DNA of 18,537 bases from a bacterium (lineage in GTDB: Bacteria > Eisenbacteria > RBG-16-71-46), in the NCBI GenBank assembly GCA_043779265.1, contig JAYWEM010000136.1, positions 1 to 18,537 on the forward strand, in the 5' to 3' direction. Both the position numbers and the translations under genes were made by a program. Positions within the stretch are counted from its first letter, which is position 1. Each line of letters starts with the position of its first letter. Under the pieces are notes generated by a model. The model was not told the origin of the DNA, did no database searches, and worked only from the letters and a program-made list of their open reading frames with translations. This document shows, in pieces, positions 16,801 through 18,537 of the stretch.

Positions 16801-17025
16801 ACCGACGATTCCCACCAGCAGGAGCAGCGATGCGCCCACGAGGATGAGCCGGCTCTCGCGCTGTGTGTCGCGGCCGTGGGCCAGCAGCACGTGCGCTGAG
16901 CGCGAGGCATCACCGCCGTCGCCCGCGCCAGGCGCGGTTCGGACGGCGGGAAGCGGATCGGGATGCGAGGAGAAAGTGGCCATGGCCGTGGGCGCCTCGG
17001 ACGGTGCCGAGGCTGCAACCGTCAT
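13882..17025 (-). CDS. Membrane hybrid sensor kinase: two TM segments flanking a Cache-like periplasmic domain, then PAS, HisKA, HATPase and two receiver domains
   Basis: TM1 [22 protein letters not shown]; TM2 [61 protein letters not shown]; REC1 VLVVEDD..ILD..VKP; REC2 MADDD..ILDLMMP. Start uncertain (17025 or 16983). Confidence 0.94.
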   Translation of the reverse strand: [1047 protein letters not shown]

Positions 17026-17070
17026 CGGCCGGATCCACCAGGACTTGAGTCAGGACCCGGGCCCTCGGCA

Positions 17071-17097
17071 TCCCGGGGGATGCGACGCTCCCCGGGA
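17071..17097. terminator. GC-rich hairpin just downstream of typA
   Basis: TCCCGGGG(G)A-TGCGACGC-TCCCCGGGA inverted repeat 15 nt after the typA stop; no clear U tract. Confidence 0.4.
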
Positions 17098-17112
17098 CAC
17101 GACGGAAAGGCG

Positions 17113-18537
17113 CTACCTCTGCCAGTAACGAGGCCTGAGGTTCGCCTGCAGGACCCGCTTGCGCATGCGGATGCCGACCGGCGTGATCTCGAGCAGCTCA
17201 TCCTCTCGCACCCACTCGAGCGCCTGCTCGAGCGACATGTGGTGCACGGGCACGAGACGGACGCCGTCCTCGCCCTGCGATCGCATGTTCGTGAGCTTCT
17301 TCTCCCGCACGATGTTGACGTCCATGTCCTGCTCACGCGCGTTCTCGCCCACGATCATGCCCTCGTAAACACGCACTCCCGGCTCGACGAAGATCTCGCC
17401 ACGATCCTGCACGTGCTCGATGGAGTAGGCCGTGGTCTTGCCCGCGCGATCGGCGACCAGAGCGCCCGTCATCCGGTGCGGGATGTCCCCTTGCCAGGGC
17501 TCATAGCCATCGAAGAGGTGATTCAGCAGACCCGTGCCACGGGTATCCGTGAGGAACTGGCTGCGGAATCCGATGAGGCCACGCGAGGGGATTCGGAACT
17601 CCAGCCGCACGCGGCCGGTTCCGTGGTTGACCATATTGGTCATGCGACCCTTGCGCCCGCCGATCTTCTGCGAGACGACGCCGACGAACTCCTCGGGACA
17701 ATCGATCACGAGACGCTCCATCGGCTCATGGCGAGCGCCATCGATCGTGCGCGTGATGACCTCGGGCTTGCTGACCGCCAGCTCGAAGCCCTCGCGCCGC
17801 ATCATCTCGATGAGGATCGCCATTTGGAGCTCGCCGCGGCCGGAGACCTCGAAGACATCGGGCGTCTCCCCCTGCTCGACGCGGATGCTCACGTTGGTGA
17901 GCAGTTCCTTGTCAAGCCGCTCCTTCAGGTTGCGGGAGGTGACGTACTTGCCCTCCTGGCCCGCGAACGGCGAGTTGTTGACGCCGAATACCATGTTCAC
18001 GGTCGGCTCATCCACCGTGACCCTGGGCAGCGGCCGCGGATCGGCGGGATCGGTGACGGTCTCGCCGATGTGCACTTCCTCGAAGCCCGCCAGGGCCACG
18101 ATCTCGCCGGGGCCGGCCTCCTGGACCTCCACACGCTCGAGGCCCTCGAACACGTACAGATTCGTCACCCGCGACTTCACCTGCGTGCCGTCAGTCCGGA
18201 CCAACATCACATCCTGCCGCGTGCGGAGTGTACCGTTGAAAATGCGGCCGATCGCGAGCCGGCCCACATAGTCGGAGTACGCGAGATTCAGGACCAACAT
18301 CTGGAGCGGCGAGGCCGGGTCGTAGGTGGGTGCCGGGATGGTGTTCATGATCTCGTCGAACAGCGGGCGGAGGTCATGGTCCTCGCCGTCCGGCGTGCGC
18401 CGGCAGATGCCGTCTCTCGCGATCGTGTAGAGCACCGGGAAGTCGATCTGGTGCTCCGTCGCATCGAGGTCGATGAACAGGTCGTAGACCTCGTTCAGCA
18501 CTTCCTGCACGCGCGCGTCCTTGCGATCGATCTTGTT
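17113..18537 (-). CDS. typA: Translational GTPase TypA/BipA, 5'-partial (continues beyond the window)
   Basis: Frame is open to the window edge and starts with the G4 motif [86 protein letters not shown]. Confidence 0.98.
   Translation of the reverse strand, partial: NKIDRKDARVQEVLNEVYDLFIDLDATEHQIDFPVLYTIARDGICRRTPDGEDHDLRPLFDEIMNTIPAPTYDPASPLQMLVLNLAYSDYVGRLAIGRIFNGTLRTRQDVMLVRTDGTQVKSRVTNLYVFEGLERVEVQEAGPGEIVALAGFEEVHIGETVTDPADPRPLPRVTVDEPTVNMVFGVNNSPFAGQEGKYVTSRNLKERLDKELLTNVSIRVEQGETPDVFEVSGRGELQMAILIEMMRREGFELAVSKPEVITRTIDGARHEPMERLVIDCPEEFVGVVSQKIGGRKGRMTNMVNHGTGRVRLEFRIPSRGLIGFRSQFLTDTRGTGLLNHLFDGYEPWQGDIPHRMTGALVADRAGKTTAYSIEHVQDRGEIFVEPGVRVYEGMIVGENAREQDMDVNIVREKKLTNMRSQGEDGVRLVPVHHMSLEQALEWVREDELLEITPVGIRMRKRVLQANLRPRYWQR

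Noticed and set aside
1414..17025. Caulobacter-like CckA/DivK/CtrA cell-cycle circuit
   Set aside because: The sensor-kinase-receiver architecture is extremely common; no CtrA or ChpT here, so orthology cannot be claimed

Overview
High-GC bacterial window. The T9SS/FlgD-like C-terminal domain on the protease points to an FCB-related lineage such as Ca. Eisenbacteria (inference only). From left to right: a secreted M43 zinc protease; a PAS-PAS hybrid histidine kinase; an nhaR-like LysR gene translationally coupled to DUF423 and divergent from a TerC/Alx gene; a ~3.6 kb apparently decaying accessory insert just 3' of a tRNA-Asn(GTT); a GAF-PAS hybrid kinase; an NAD-dependent epimerase; a three-gene coupled phosphorelay; and the 3' part of typA/bipA. 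The insert carries an AEP primase-SF2 helicase fusion broken by one in-frame TAA, a CcbP-like gene and a frameshifted, truncated third gene. The phosphorelay comprises a membrane kinase with two receivers, a cyanobacterial DevR/DivK-like single receiver, and a receiver plus coiled coil with no output domain. The best candidates for an undescribed system are (1) the primase-helicase/CcbP-like/unknown cassette, possibly a conflict or defence module, and (2) the output-less DevR/DivK-type relay whose three proteins all end in Ala-Ala. All family assignments come from motif recognition; no database search was run.
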